A stretch of 37,138 nucleotides of DNA from Trypethelium eluteriae (Eukaryota), in the NCBI GenBank assembly GCA_051942245.1, contig JAVECL010000196.1, positions 1 through 37,138 of the forward strand, written 5' to 3'. Under the pieces are notes generated by a model. That model worked only from the letters and a program-made list of their open reading frames with translations, ran no database searches and had not been told where the DNA came from. Numbering within the stretch: position 1 is the stretch's first letter; each line of letters opens with the position of its first letter. Positions 1 to 10,926 of this stretch are shown here, in pieces. The translations under genes and the position numbers were made by a program.

Positions 1-207
1 ACCCAGATCTCTCCCAACCCGCAACCCACAACCCGCAGATGCCAGAAAACCCCCCACACTCGCGCTCCGCAGATCCGCGTCGCGAGAAGAAAGGCCTACC
101 AACTACTGGGGAAAATTGTTGTAAATCCAAGTTGCTATCCAAGTGCTCGGACCATGACCGCAACGGTTAGGCTCGCCACGCCAGGAAGCCGGTAGAGCAG
201 GGGTATC

Positions 208-2901
208 TTACTCGACCGACCCCGCCTCCAAGGTATCCGGACCCGGGAAGGTGAAGGACGACGGGTCGAGGTTGAACATGGGCCCATCGGCGCTCTCGGG
301 TTGTTGGAGGAAAGAGTCGAAGTCGAAACTGTCCAGGACGTCCGATTCGCCCAGTGGCGCGAAATCGAGATTGAGGTTAGTGAGCTGTGGTAATGATATC
401 GCGTGTCAGTACTTCTGCCTTCACTCGGTCCTGCGTACTGGCTTTCGGAATGATAGGGAAGGGGAAGGAAAGGGAAGGATGGGAGAAAGAAAGAAAGAGA
501 GGACGTACGTCTGGATTGCCCATATCGCCGAATGGCGCGCCAGCATTGGCGTCTATTGGTGGAGGCTGAGGAGCTGGAGCACTAGCCGGGGGTTGGCTGG
601 CGTTCGCATTCGGTGGGGGTTGCGGACCCGCCCCGTTTTTCTGCTGCTGTGGGTTGAAGCTATTCCCGTGCATGGGTGTAATAGGTGTCGGCGGCGTAGG
701 TGTGGGCGGCTCCTGGGACTCGGTTGCTGGCGTTGTGCCTGCAGCTGCACTGCCCTTCTTGCTCGCGGCCTTCTAAGCGGGTCAGTGATCAGAAAATCGA
801 AACTTCTCTTCCATGATGGGCAAGATGACGAACCTTGTTTTCTTTAGCCGCGTTCTTTTTCTTGGGGTTGGCCTTATTGGTCTGAGACGGTGTTGGAGGT
901 GCATTTGTTGACTGTGCAGGAGACGAGGGTTGCGAGGGTTGGGCGCGATTGGCTTCACCTCCAGCGGGAGGGGCTGGGGGTGGTCCCATGCTACGCTGCT
1001 GCGGCGTGCCTATGTTCGGACCTTGCTGTCCTGGCTGTCCTGGTTGAGGCTGTGGTATCATGTTTGGCGGGCCGCCTCCAGGAAAGCCAATACCGTTCTG
1101 CATGTTTGCCTGTCGCTGTCGGGCCTGTAATTGCATTTGCTGCAGCTGCTCAGGACTCGCCTGTGCTGCAGCGAAATTTGGATTGGAGCTGGGAGGTCGC
1201 AACATTTGTCCATTAGGAGCCATTTGCATGCTTTCTTGTTGTGCTTTCAGGTGATTGAAGTAGTGTTGAGGCATGCCTTGTGGCATCTGGCTAGGGTCAA
1301 AGTTTGCTGCAGGCGAGCCTTGCTGCGGCATGCTGCCATCAGGTAAAGGCGATTGACCCATCTTTTCTGTGCCACGCTTCACTTGGTCATTTGGATTTGG
1401 TGAAGGGCCTGGCCTAGCCTGAGGAGAAACTCCTTGTGGGAAGCTTTGCTGCATGCCTTGCCCTGGTCCCCCGGGCCCTGGACCATGAGCGATTGATTGA
1501 CTGTTGTCCTGTTCCTGACGCGCCATCAACAATCGTTTCTTGTTCTGCTGTTCAAGAAGCATTAGCTGCATCTGATAGTCTTGTAAGGCATGGTTGCCTG
1601 AGCTGTGGCCTGGTGGACCGCCCATGGTCTGAGGCATCTGATTGCGTCCGTAGAATTCTGTCAAGTCGGGATTCTGTTGACCGTTCATCGATGCGCCAGG
1701 TGCCAAGCCGGCTACGTTTGGCATTGCCTTTACCATGTTAGATTCTCATAGCCACAACCTCTTGGCATTAATTCGCTAGGACTTGGAAAGGCAGCTCTAC
1801 GCTGCTCAGGATCTTTTTATTTTTGGCGCCGTTTGTGACAGAAAGACACACTGCATGACAGAGTTGAAGGGATTTGCCAAACTGAAAACGAAAGACCTTT
1901 CACGAAGCAAAGATGTGGAAGTAAAAGGGTGAAGGAAATTGGAAAAATACCTGTCCCTGCATTCCCTGAGGTTGGCCGCGTCCTGCAGGACCCATGGGTC
2001 CATTAAAACCGTTGCCCTCCGTTCGTTGCCGTTTTGGGGAAGGAGCATTATCCAGAGAGCCGCCAGGCGATTGTGGACGATCTTGGCCCATGCCCATTGT
2101 AGAGCCTTCCCTTTGCATTTGACCGGACTGCTGAAGCATCTGCTGCTGCTTCATATTCTGCATCTGTGACAAATTCTGGCCCCTATATTGCGGTCAAATT
2201 AGCTACGGCAGGAACCATGGCGATATTGATCGTGCCTCTGCCTCAGAAACAAGGGAGACATACGCGTTACGCTGGTTGGCATTCGCAAAAGCTCTTTGTC
2301 GAAGCTCATTCGACATCATATTATTTTGCATCAGCTTCAACCCCTGCATATTGGGACCCATCATCTGCGGATCCATCTGTCGAAGCATCTGCTGTTGCTG
2401 TTGCTGATTGAAACGATGCTTGTTCTGAGATTTCATCAGCCCTACATCATAGCCCATGTCGGACTTGCTCACATGTGAATGCTGTATGTATGCCTGTGCT
2501 GGTCCCTTGATTCTATTGCGCTGGGCACTGAAAACGTCCCAAAATTGAGACCACCAGTCAAGGAGAAAAGAGTTATCGTTTCCCGTAGATGGAAGCTTGG
2601 GTCGTGGCAAGTCCTCCGGGATTTTGTTCAAATTGTCTTTTGAATCCTCGTCCATGTTGTCATTCACTCCATTTATATCGCGACGAGGGCTCCGTTTCGT
2701 ATCAGAATTAGTGGTTTCTAGAAGATTGTTTACCGCGCGAGCGAGGTCGTAATGACCGTTTTTGAGAAAATAGTCGTATATGTAGGTGTTCAATTGTCGT
2801 GCATGGTACGTTGGATCACTGGAGCTGTTGTTCATCATATTCGGTCCACCGACAGGGCCTCCAACAGGACCCATGCCAGCCATGTTGATCTGCTGAGCCA
2901 T
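208..2901 (-). CDS. SOM1: LisH/LUFS-domain, Q/P-rich transcriptional regulator of the cAMP-PKA pathway (Som1/SomA, Flo8-like), ~718 aa
   Basis: Exons 2901-2473, 2424-2264, 2182-1951, 1727-834, 772-509, 384-208 join in frame. N-terminal LNTYIYDYFLKNG...FLLDWWSQFWDVF (LisH/LUFS), central NHALQDYQMQLMLLEQQNKKRLLMARQEQD, PPTPSQTNKANPKKK NLS, C-terminal DVLDSFDFDSFL. Confidence 0.93.
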
Positions 2902-3998
2902 GGCTAGACTCTTCTGCCTGGTCACCTTCGACTCTCAGCGCCAATTGCCCGCCAAGCTTGGAGGTCAGGCAGATATCTGGATATTTTGCTAAGGATCCTC
3001 ACACACGACGGAGCACTTGCCGGTAGGCGTACGATGATGGCGGAAGCAGCACTTAGGGTGCGTTGGGGGTGCGAGAGGTGCGGGAGTAGAGTCGTTGATG
3101 AGTTGCGGTAGCTGAAGAATACGTGAAGCGTCGCAGCGGGTTTTTCCCAACCCCGCGCAATCGGCGGTCGGAAAAGTAATCGCAACGATTCAACTGGGAG
3201 GTCCAGGGAAGATTCGATCAACGAGAGTGTCGATAAGGATAGCGTTTGCCACGTGAAGGTGTCCAAAAGTCGTCACTGTCGAGCTGGGGCGTTCTCGCGA
3301 CAGGCGGACGGTGTCGGGACGCGATATGAAGCGATCGACACTCGCCAAACGCCGAGTCCGGAGGCGGGTGCGACGCGGTGGCGATGGCAAGCAAATTGAC
3401 GAGCACCAAAAAGCTGCAGCACAGGATAGTGAAATGCGCCGGCGGAAGCAAAACGACAAAGTAAGTAGATGGAGGAGAGGGAAGTGTGCTTCGAGGGTGG
3501 GAGCCGGCTGGCCGCACGAGTCGCTGATTTGTGATGGAAGCGGAATGGCCCAGAAGGCGTCACGTGGAAGCCCCAACCTTAAAAAGCTGCTGCTCCTTTG
3601 TATGCAGTCTACCTTAGGACCTAAGAATACGACAAGACGGCTTCCGTCGCCCAACTAGGTACACTCACGCACTCGCGCACTCTACGCAGGGTACCCGCGG
3701 TGCAGCAGCACGCAGCAGACGAATGCTTTCCAGCCTGCACTGCTGCTTTGTGATGCGGGGGCCGGCGGCAACGCCATTTCCAGCTGAAGCAGCCATCGTG
3801 GCCGTGCTGAGAGGTACAACGTGTGTGTACACGTAAAGAGCAGTGTCCCATCTTGGCACCTTGGGTTTGCCCCGCGGCTGTTCCAACAACCGCCAGCAAG
3901 CATCATTGGTGCCACATATCGCCACATCTGCAACCCCCAGGGATTTAGACTTTGTCTTCTATCTATGGTCCTCGAGTCAAATCTCTCACCAGACCAGT

Positions 3999-4825
3999 CT
4001 ATTCGTCGTCCGGCGGCATTTCATCCTCAATGTATCTAGTCAGAGTAATTCTCATCTCTGTAGTATCATTTCCCCGTAGGATATCGCTGATGAAATGCGC
4101 TTCAACTTGCATATGCACCTGTAGAGATCCATCATCATTCAGCAGCTATCCAGAGGCCATGGAAGAGGCTCTTTGAGGTTCCAGCGGCGACGCAACTCAC
4201 CATTTCAAGCGCCCCCCTTAAGATGCCGCATAGGATATTAGAATACCAGAGTTCATCCTGTGCACGTCCATCGTCAGGTAATTCCACAAAGTCCGCAAGT
4301 GGGTTCTCTTCGAAGATCAGTGAGAACTGCTTGTTATCGCTCGTCCAGTTGGTGATGACTGGCGTAATATTTAGGAAGATTTTGAACCCAACCTGCTAGA
4401 TTGTCAGTTGTTTTATTCGACCAAATGCTGCCGTCCGGCAGCGCTAGACATACCCTCGAAATCATGTCTGCCGTTTCCCGAAAATTGGCACATGATCCTG
4501 TGTTGGATTTCGCCAAATAATCTTCGATCAGTCTCAGTCCAATATTATAGCCCATCTTGTCAAGCTGTTTGTTGACCTCCACATAGTCGCTGTCATAGTC
4601 TTTGCACAACTGCGCGACAATGGTTCCGTATGTGAGAGTGACGAGTTCGGCGTTGACTTTATCTACTCGGCTCCTGAAGCATGCAACATCAATTGCTGTC
4701 CGGTAATGGCGATACGTGGTACTGGACATACTTCCATACTCTTCCTTCATAGTCAGCGTCATCCGGTCTCAGGTCGTCGGAGACACTTACTCTTCTCCAA
4801 TCCGCGCTGCTCGGTTCGAAGACAT
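3999..4825 (-). CDS. BET3: TRAPP complex subunit Bet3 (TRAPPC3), ~191 aa
   Basis: Exons 4825-4791, 4740-4732 (9 nt), 4673-4454, 4392-4201, 4118-3999 give [40 protein letters not shown]...[16 protein letters not shown]...[11 protein letters not shown]...[17 protein letters not shown]...EMPPDDE*. Confidence 0.96.
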
Positions 4826-5190
4826 CTGCCCACCCTGACGGCGCCGATGCGCCGATGGCAATCGTCACGACCAGTCCGATGTTTCTAGATTTCCCAGTGC
4901 CAGCGTTAGGGTAGTGTTGAAAGACGTCAAAAGGATTGAGGAGGGGCAGCCCGCCTAATGCTTGATTGCTGGCAGCTGTTTCGACCTCCGGGGTTCTAAA
5001 GGTCCGTGCGAGGTGACCTTACGTAAGGGTCCTATAACTTCCAATTTCTAAGGTAGCTAGTGAAAGGTTGGACGTCGGAAAACATTTTCGACCACGCGCG
5101 CGATTGGCGATCGCGAACTCACTCATATACACTTACCATCTGCCTTTCCTGCAGACTCGAGAAAAGCCAAGGACATCCATAGAAGGCATC

Positions 5191-6578
5191 ATGTCGGCCG
5201 AAAAGCGTCCAGCCTCGAACTCTTTTGGTTCATCCCAAATGGTTAAGCGACAAAAATCGGACACAAACCTCGGCGGAAAAGATGCCGTTGTGGTGGTTAA
5301 TGGGAATACTCAGAATGGCGCTCTTATCCAGGCTGTAAGTTCGCTCATCTCTTCAGGTAGCTGAACGGACTACCGTGCTAAAGCTGGGGAAAAGGAAGTG
5401 CCTGGCTGATTCGATTGGAAATGGATAGGTGCCAAGGACGAGTGGACTGCAAGCCCCAGTCATGGAATTGTCAGGTGAATTTAGATATCGACCTCAAATT
5501 CAGGGAAATGTTGACAAGAGGCTCAGGTCATTCTGGTGAGGTCTTTGCCGCAAGATTTGATCCTACCGGCCAGCATATCGCATCTGGTTCTATGGACAGG
5601 AACATACGTAGGTCATAATCCTACTCACCCCACTACAAACTCGCTGAAACAACAATACAGAGCTCTGGAAAACATACAGTGACTGTGAGAATTACGGTAT
5701 GCTGAGTGGACACAAGGGCGCGGTCCTAGACCTTCAATGGTCACGCGACTCCAGGGTCTTATTCTCTGCGTCGGCGGATATGACTTTGGCTAGCTGGGAT
5801 CTTGAGACTGGAACAAGAATTAAACGACACGAGGGCCACGAGGAAGTCATAAATTGCATGAGTGTGAGCAAACGTGGTGAAGAACTGCTAATAAGCGGGA
5901 GTGATGATGGATGCATTGGAGTAGGTCTTGTGCTGCATGTGAGCTGGATCGCTGTGCTAACCAGCGATGGAAAGATCTGGGACCCCCGACAGAAGCAAGC
6001 GCTCGAGTACATTGAAACCGAATTCCCAGTTACAGCGGTCGCTATTTCGGAAGCAGGCAATGAGCTTTACTCTGGGAGTATCGACAACGATATCAAAGTT
6101 TGGGACATTCGCAAGAAGGCTGTCGCATACTCCATGATTGGTCATACCGACACCGTCACGTCCCTTGAAGTTTCGCCCGATTCACAGTTGCTCCTCTCCA
6201 ATTCGCACGATTCAACAGTTAGGACTTGGGACATACGACCATTTGCACCACTTGACAGGCACGTCAAAACTTTCGATGGAGCACCCATAGGGTTAGAGAA
6301 GAATCTGATACGTGCCAGCTGGGATTCAAAAGGGCAACGGATCGCAGCGGGCAGCGGGGACCGGACCGCAGTCGTCTGGGATGTAGGGAACGGGAGGCTG
6401 TTGTACAAACTACCAGGTCATAAGGGGACCGTCAATGATGTGCGGTTCGCTCCCGGCGACGAGCCAATCCGTAAGTTCCCAGCTGGCCATTCAAAGTTTC
6501 ACGCGCTCACGAGATTTTCCGCCAGTTGTCTCAGGGTCTTCCGATCGCACCATCATGCTCGGCGAGCTAGGTAGATGA
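5191..6578 (+). CDS. WD40-repeat U5 snRNP 40-kDa protein (SNRNP40/Spf38/Cwf17-like)
   Basis: Exons 5191-5334, 5429-5474, 5527-5607, 5661-5920, 5975-6470, 6526-6578. VPRTSGLQAPVMELSGHSGEVF, multiple GH...WD repeats, WDIRPFAP, LYKLPGHKGTVNDVRF, terminal IMLGELGR*. Confidence 0.9.
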
Positions 6579-7767
6579 TTCTCTGGAAATTGTATTACTC
6601 TACAAATTCTCATTCTTCCCCCAACAATGGAGACCGCAAATCACGAGGCTTCGTACCAAGGGTTGAGCGACGAAGCGAAACAAGGGCGCAATGAAGTTCG
6701 GAGCATCTGTGAAAGCAGCACGAGGAGTGAAGATTGCGCCATTTTCAATGAAGATCGTTGCGCAAGGACGCGATGAATCGGATTATGTAGCACGCCGAGA
6801 TCTGAGACGGTCCTGGGATAAGGATGCGCGTCATGGTTCTGGTGCGACTCTGGGGAAACAAGGAGAGGGTGCCATGGAGATAGCAGGAGCATACTCATAT
6901 TATCGACAATCTTACATTCTCCTGTACTGAAATCCGTGACGAGTTCCAACTTCGAATCTGAACGAGGCCTAGCGAGGTTTTTAATGACTTTGTTGAGAGC
7001 TGCTCGATTCGCCCTGAGACGGTAGGCGCCTGAGGCTCTGCGGAAAAGCGTGGAAGGCTCCGTGCCACTCGACCTCACCTCTTCGTCCTGACCTCCTACT
7101 TCTGCAACCCGCGTTTCAGACGCAGAAGCCAATCTCGTCATCAAAGGCCCCTCGCATGAACGAGTAGTATTGGTTACCAGCTATGGCTAGCTACATCAGC
7201 GGATTCTCGTGCTCGCTCTTTCCCCCACTAGATGTCTCGTAGACTGTGTTCCCTTAAGACCATCGGCCATACCGACCCCTTGACCTGGGTTTCATAAGTC
7301 TCTTTCCTTTTAATATTCGATGGCTCATATACTTTGAATACTTTGCTGGTCCTTGACTTTGCGGACTTTCACTCGTTCAAACTCATCCGCTAATTCCCTT
7401 TTTCTTGTCTATTATCTTACTTGCATTTGTTCGATCGAGACAAATCTAATACGACAGCCAGTCACTACATACCCGAAGGCCGCTGTTCACCGAGTGGTGT
7501 GGATCGCATCCCCCAGAGCAGCAGTGACAACTCACGTCCACGCCTTCCTTATGGATGAGTTCCGTCCAGGTTGTTCCTGCGGCTCACCATAGCTCTTTCC
7601 CTGAAACGCGCAAACGTAAACAACGCCTTGGAGAAGTGTCTGAAAGGCAATCTACACGCGATCGGGAGTGGGTTATGTTGTAGTGAGTCAGGTTTGTCGC
7701 GTTGATGGTTGTTTGGCTTTAGGAAATACTAGAGGACATCTTTTACGTATCCTCTTAGTACTACAAC

Positions 7768-9194
7768 ATGCCTTCATCTCCGCCCAGGTCACCCTCAATC
7801 GAGTCTCCACCTGAGCGAGCGTCGCTCCGATCCCGCATGGCTTCGATTCAGGACAACGTTCGTTCACTGTTGCGCGCGTCGATCCATAGCATCACGCCCG
7901 CAACAGCTTCGTCCCATGGCAGTCCGAAGCTACGGATCCCTGTACCCAGTCTTCAAAGTCGCTTTCGGTGGCAGTCAAGAGAGAACGATACGACTCAATT
8001 GCCTTCGGCACGCAGCAGCGCTCAACCAAGTGAACCGCATACCGCAGCGATACCGATTCATGAACATGCGCCCATTATAATCCCATCTCCTCCAGAACCA
8101 ACGTATCTGACGCGAGTCGTCACTCCTCACGATTCATACCCGGAGGACAGCACCGAAGAGCGGAGCCATCATAGTCGAACAGCGCTCATCCAAGATCGCA
8201 CCCGGCAACGGCATCAAAAGGCATGGAAGCGTCGGCGAGGCGTTGGCGGTAGACACAACCGCTCTTCTAGGAAACGAGACCCCAAGGCGCGAGCATTGAA
8301 ACAGGCTATTCTTCTCTCCGGCCTTTTACTTGTAGCCGTACTGTCCCTCTGTGCGCTCCAACCCCCAGTCTACATTTCTTGTGAATCTTGACACTGACGT
8401 GGAAATTTCTGCAGATCTCTCGCTCGCCCTCACAAATCCCAACCTTGGTCAAGAAATCCACGTCCTCTTCATCCTCCTCATCCTCACCATCACCATTTTC
8501 TTTGCGCATTCTCTGGTCCGTCTCTGCCTCTGCACCTCGCGCTCCCGCCGCTCCCGTCGCCATCACCATCATCACCACCACAGCGCCTCTCGCCGTCTCC
8601 CAAGCATGACTGGACCCGAGGGATTCCGTCCTGATACACCAATTCAGGTCCATTTGCAGCGTGATGAAGAGCTGGGGCCTGCGTCAGAATTCGACACGAG
8701 TCCAGAAATTCCATCGCCGATTACACCACCGGATAACCGGACGTTTGAGGGGCTATTGCAGAAGGAGACAAGTACAAAGATTGAAGGACCGCCACCCGCA
8801 TATGGGCTGTGGAGAAGCAGTGTGGTACGTAACTCATTCTGGCTTTCACCTATCACCTCCTAGATCTCCCAGGGTGAACGAAAGACTAATCTTCTCTTTG
8901 CAGAAAGCCGACCCGAATCTTCTTCACTGGCAACTTAACCCCAATCCAATTCCCAGTCCGAACCCTACGAACCTCCACATCAGCATCAGTGCAGAGTCAA
9001 GCCCCGCCATCCCGCAACATGGGACGGGCTCACACTCGCCGCGTCTGAATCTGCATCCGGGCGTCTCGGATGGTGCGGGCACTGGCAGCGATGTCACACC
9101 GGTGCCTAGACCGCCGAGCTATGTAAGCGAGGACGGGGTGACATATGTCGTTGATGCGATGGGAAGGAGGCCGGAGATGGCACAGCGGGGTTGA
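7768..9194 (+). CDS. Uncharacterised fungal two-TM membrane protein with His tract and PY (PPxY) motifs
   Basis: Exons 7768-8350, 8415-8824, 8904-9194 join in frame. Two hydrophobic segments (AILLSGLLLVAVLSLYLSLAL; IHVLFILLILTITIFFAHSLV), HHHHHHH, PPPAYGLWRSSV/KADPNLLHW, RPPSYVSEDGV. Confidence 0.8.
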
Positions 9195-9625
9195 TGAAAT
9201 CAGCGATTTAGTGACACGTCCGAACTACATGAAATCGGAGGGAAGAGGGGAGTCATGCCGTGTAATTAGCGAGGCGCCGGGCTGGCCAGAGAGAAGAGTT
9301 TATTATCCACCAAAAAATTTACGATCGTGGGATACGACTAGCTAGATTTAGTAGTATTGTTGTGTGGATTAATATATGACAAAGCTCAAATTTCGACAGC
9401 CATCTCCCATCCGCGAGCGTGAGAAGTATTTGATTTGGAGATTCTGCCAGCTCAGCATGACATATGCTATTAAAGGTAGCCAGTGTCCAACCTCCACGTG
9501 GGGAAGAGGTCAACAGGGCATTGAACAGAAGCTGTCAACCGGTTTCCCCAAGGTCCTATTCTAGCTCTATGCAACCCAGGAGGCCCTCAAGTGAGGTCTT
9601 GATTCTCGTGTGATACCTGAAGTCC

Positions 9626-10249
9626 TCACTCAGGCATCTCATATAGTGTCTCCGGTTTTTTTAAAGCCGCCTCTAGAAAGTGAAATTTCCTAATAGACTT
9701 TTGCAGAACGTTCATGACATCTTTGAGAAACTCGCCCGTGAAATCTTCAAGCTCTTGCGCCCACTTGTCCATTGACTCATCTTGGGCTCGAAACTGCGTG
9801 CAGACGAACAGCGCGAACAGCTGGCGCAGTTTACTTTGCGGCGACGAGCTTCTGTAAGCCTGTAGCACCATCGCCGGCTCAATCTTCATCATTTCATTCC
9901 TCATGCCAGTCAAGGGGTTAATGTGCCAGTACAGAGCCTCGATCGCGCAGTTTTGGAGGCCGGGCGAGCCAAGATAATCGCCGATGGACCACGCAGAAAT
10001 GGCATCACCCACGGTTTTGAGGGTACAGCTGCCGGTATTGAGCCATTCCACAAATAGCTCGAAGGCTCGGGGATTACATTCGGAAAGCTCGGTACTTGAT
10101 GTATCACATTTGTCGAAATCTTCCTCGGGTACGTGCTTGAAATATGTAGAATACCGGACGAGGAGGAGCCAAGGGACTTCATAGAGCTCGGTGGAGGGAT
10201 CGGTGCCGACAGTCACAGTAATAGTTCCACTCTGAATGCTAGAAGGCAT
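9626..10249 (-). CDS. BTB/POZ-domain protein (single exon, 207 aa)
   Basis: ITVTVG...YEVPWLLLVRYSTYF...LSECNPRAFELFVEWLNTG...AWSIGDYLGSPGLQN...SKLRQLF follows the fungal BTB/POZ pattern. Confidence 0.82.
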   Translation of the reverse strand: MPSSIQSGTITVTVGTDPSTELYEVPWLLLVRYSTYFKHVPEEDFDKCDTSSTELSECNPRAFELFVEWLNTGSCTLKTVGDAISAWSIGDYLGSPGLQNCAIEALYWHINPLTGMRNEMMKIEPAMVLQAYRSSSPQSKLRQLFALFVCTQFRAQDESMDKWAQELEDFTGEFLKDVMNVLQKSIRKFHFLEAALKKPETLYEMPE

Positions 10250-10926
10250 TGGTCAGTGAGTTTTGGTGGAGACGCAGGTACATCTGATTGACATACAGCT
10301 CAACGAATTCCTTAGAACTCGTATGTTTTGTATGGGAAAAAGGGTCTGTAAAGGTACTGTCGCGGCCACATTGGTCATTGCGCGACCTGTCGCCAGGAGT
10401 TGTGCTTCGGATCTGTGGGATAAGTTTTGAAGTGAGATGAAGTAAGAGGAGAATTCTTTGAGAACGCAAAATCCAGTCGCGTGACCTGTTTTGCTGATAA
10501 AGGTGATTCCTCACACATTTATTTTGTGTGTGAGAATCAGAGATGGGACGGGAGATCTGATGACCATCGGCTATGGCTGCTGAAGTTTTAGGAAGGGGCA
10601 TTCAGGTTCAGGGAGCTCTTCCTCACTTTCCATGATTTCAAGCCCCTCTAAGATGCACGCCTCAGTAACACTGTCAAACACAACTTCGCTGACCGATGAC
10701 TTCTTGGGATCTCAACTCGGATATAATTTGATAAGGAAATAACTTGTCTCCATGAGAGATAGATTGCATGAAGTTCAGTTCGGCAATGACCGGGCAAGGA
10801 GGATGAAATAAGATTTCCTTGGCATGCGAGAAACAATACTTTACATGAACCGCAATTCTAGCACCAGAAAATGCATTTGATAGTTCCCAAAACCGAGATG
10901 TAGGTAGAGCTACCGTGGCTCAACTG

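Noticed and set aside
15..37. CAACCC(G/A) 7-bp units x3 resembling telomeric repeat
   Set aside because: Not TAACCC, very short, and lies in the SOM1 3' region.
251..1741. Plus-strand ORFs (198 aa and others) opposite SOM1
   Set aside because: Antisense shadows of a GC-rich coding region with no recognisable motifs.
2922..3933. Many overlapping 80-150 aa ORFs upstream of SOM1
   Set aside because: GC-rich promoter/5'-UTR; no domain signal or consistent splice pattern.
5032..5056. CTATAAC...CTAAGGTAGC resembling LSU rRNA helix 69 / I-CeuI site
   Set aside because: Spacer length is wrong and there is no flanking rRNA similarity; chance match.
6641..7144. 167-aa minus-strand ORF
   Set aside because: Non-ATG start, no recognisable motifs, and no exon partners found.
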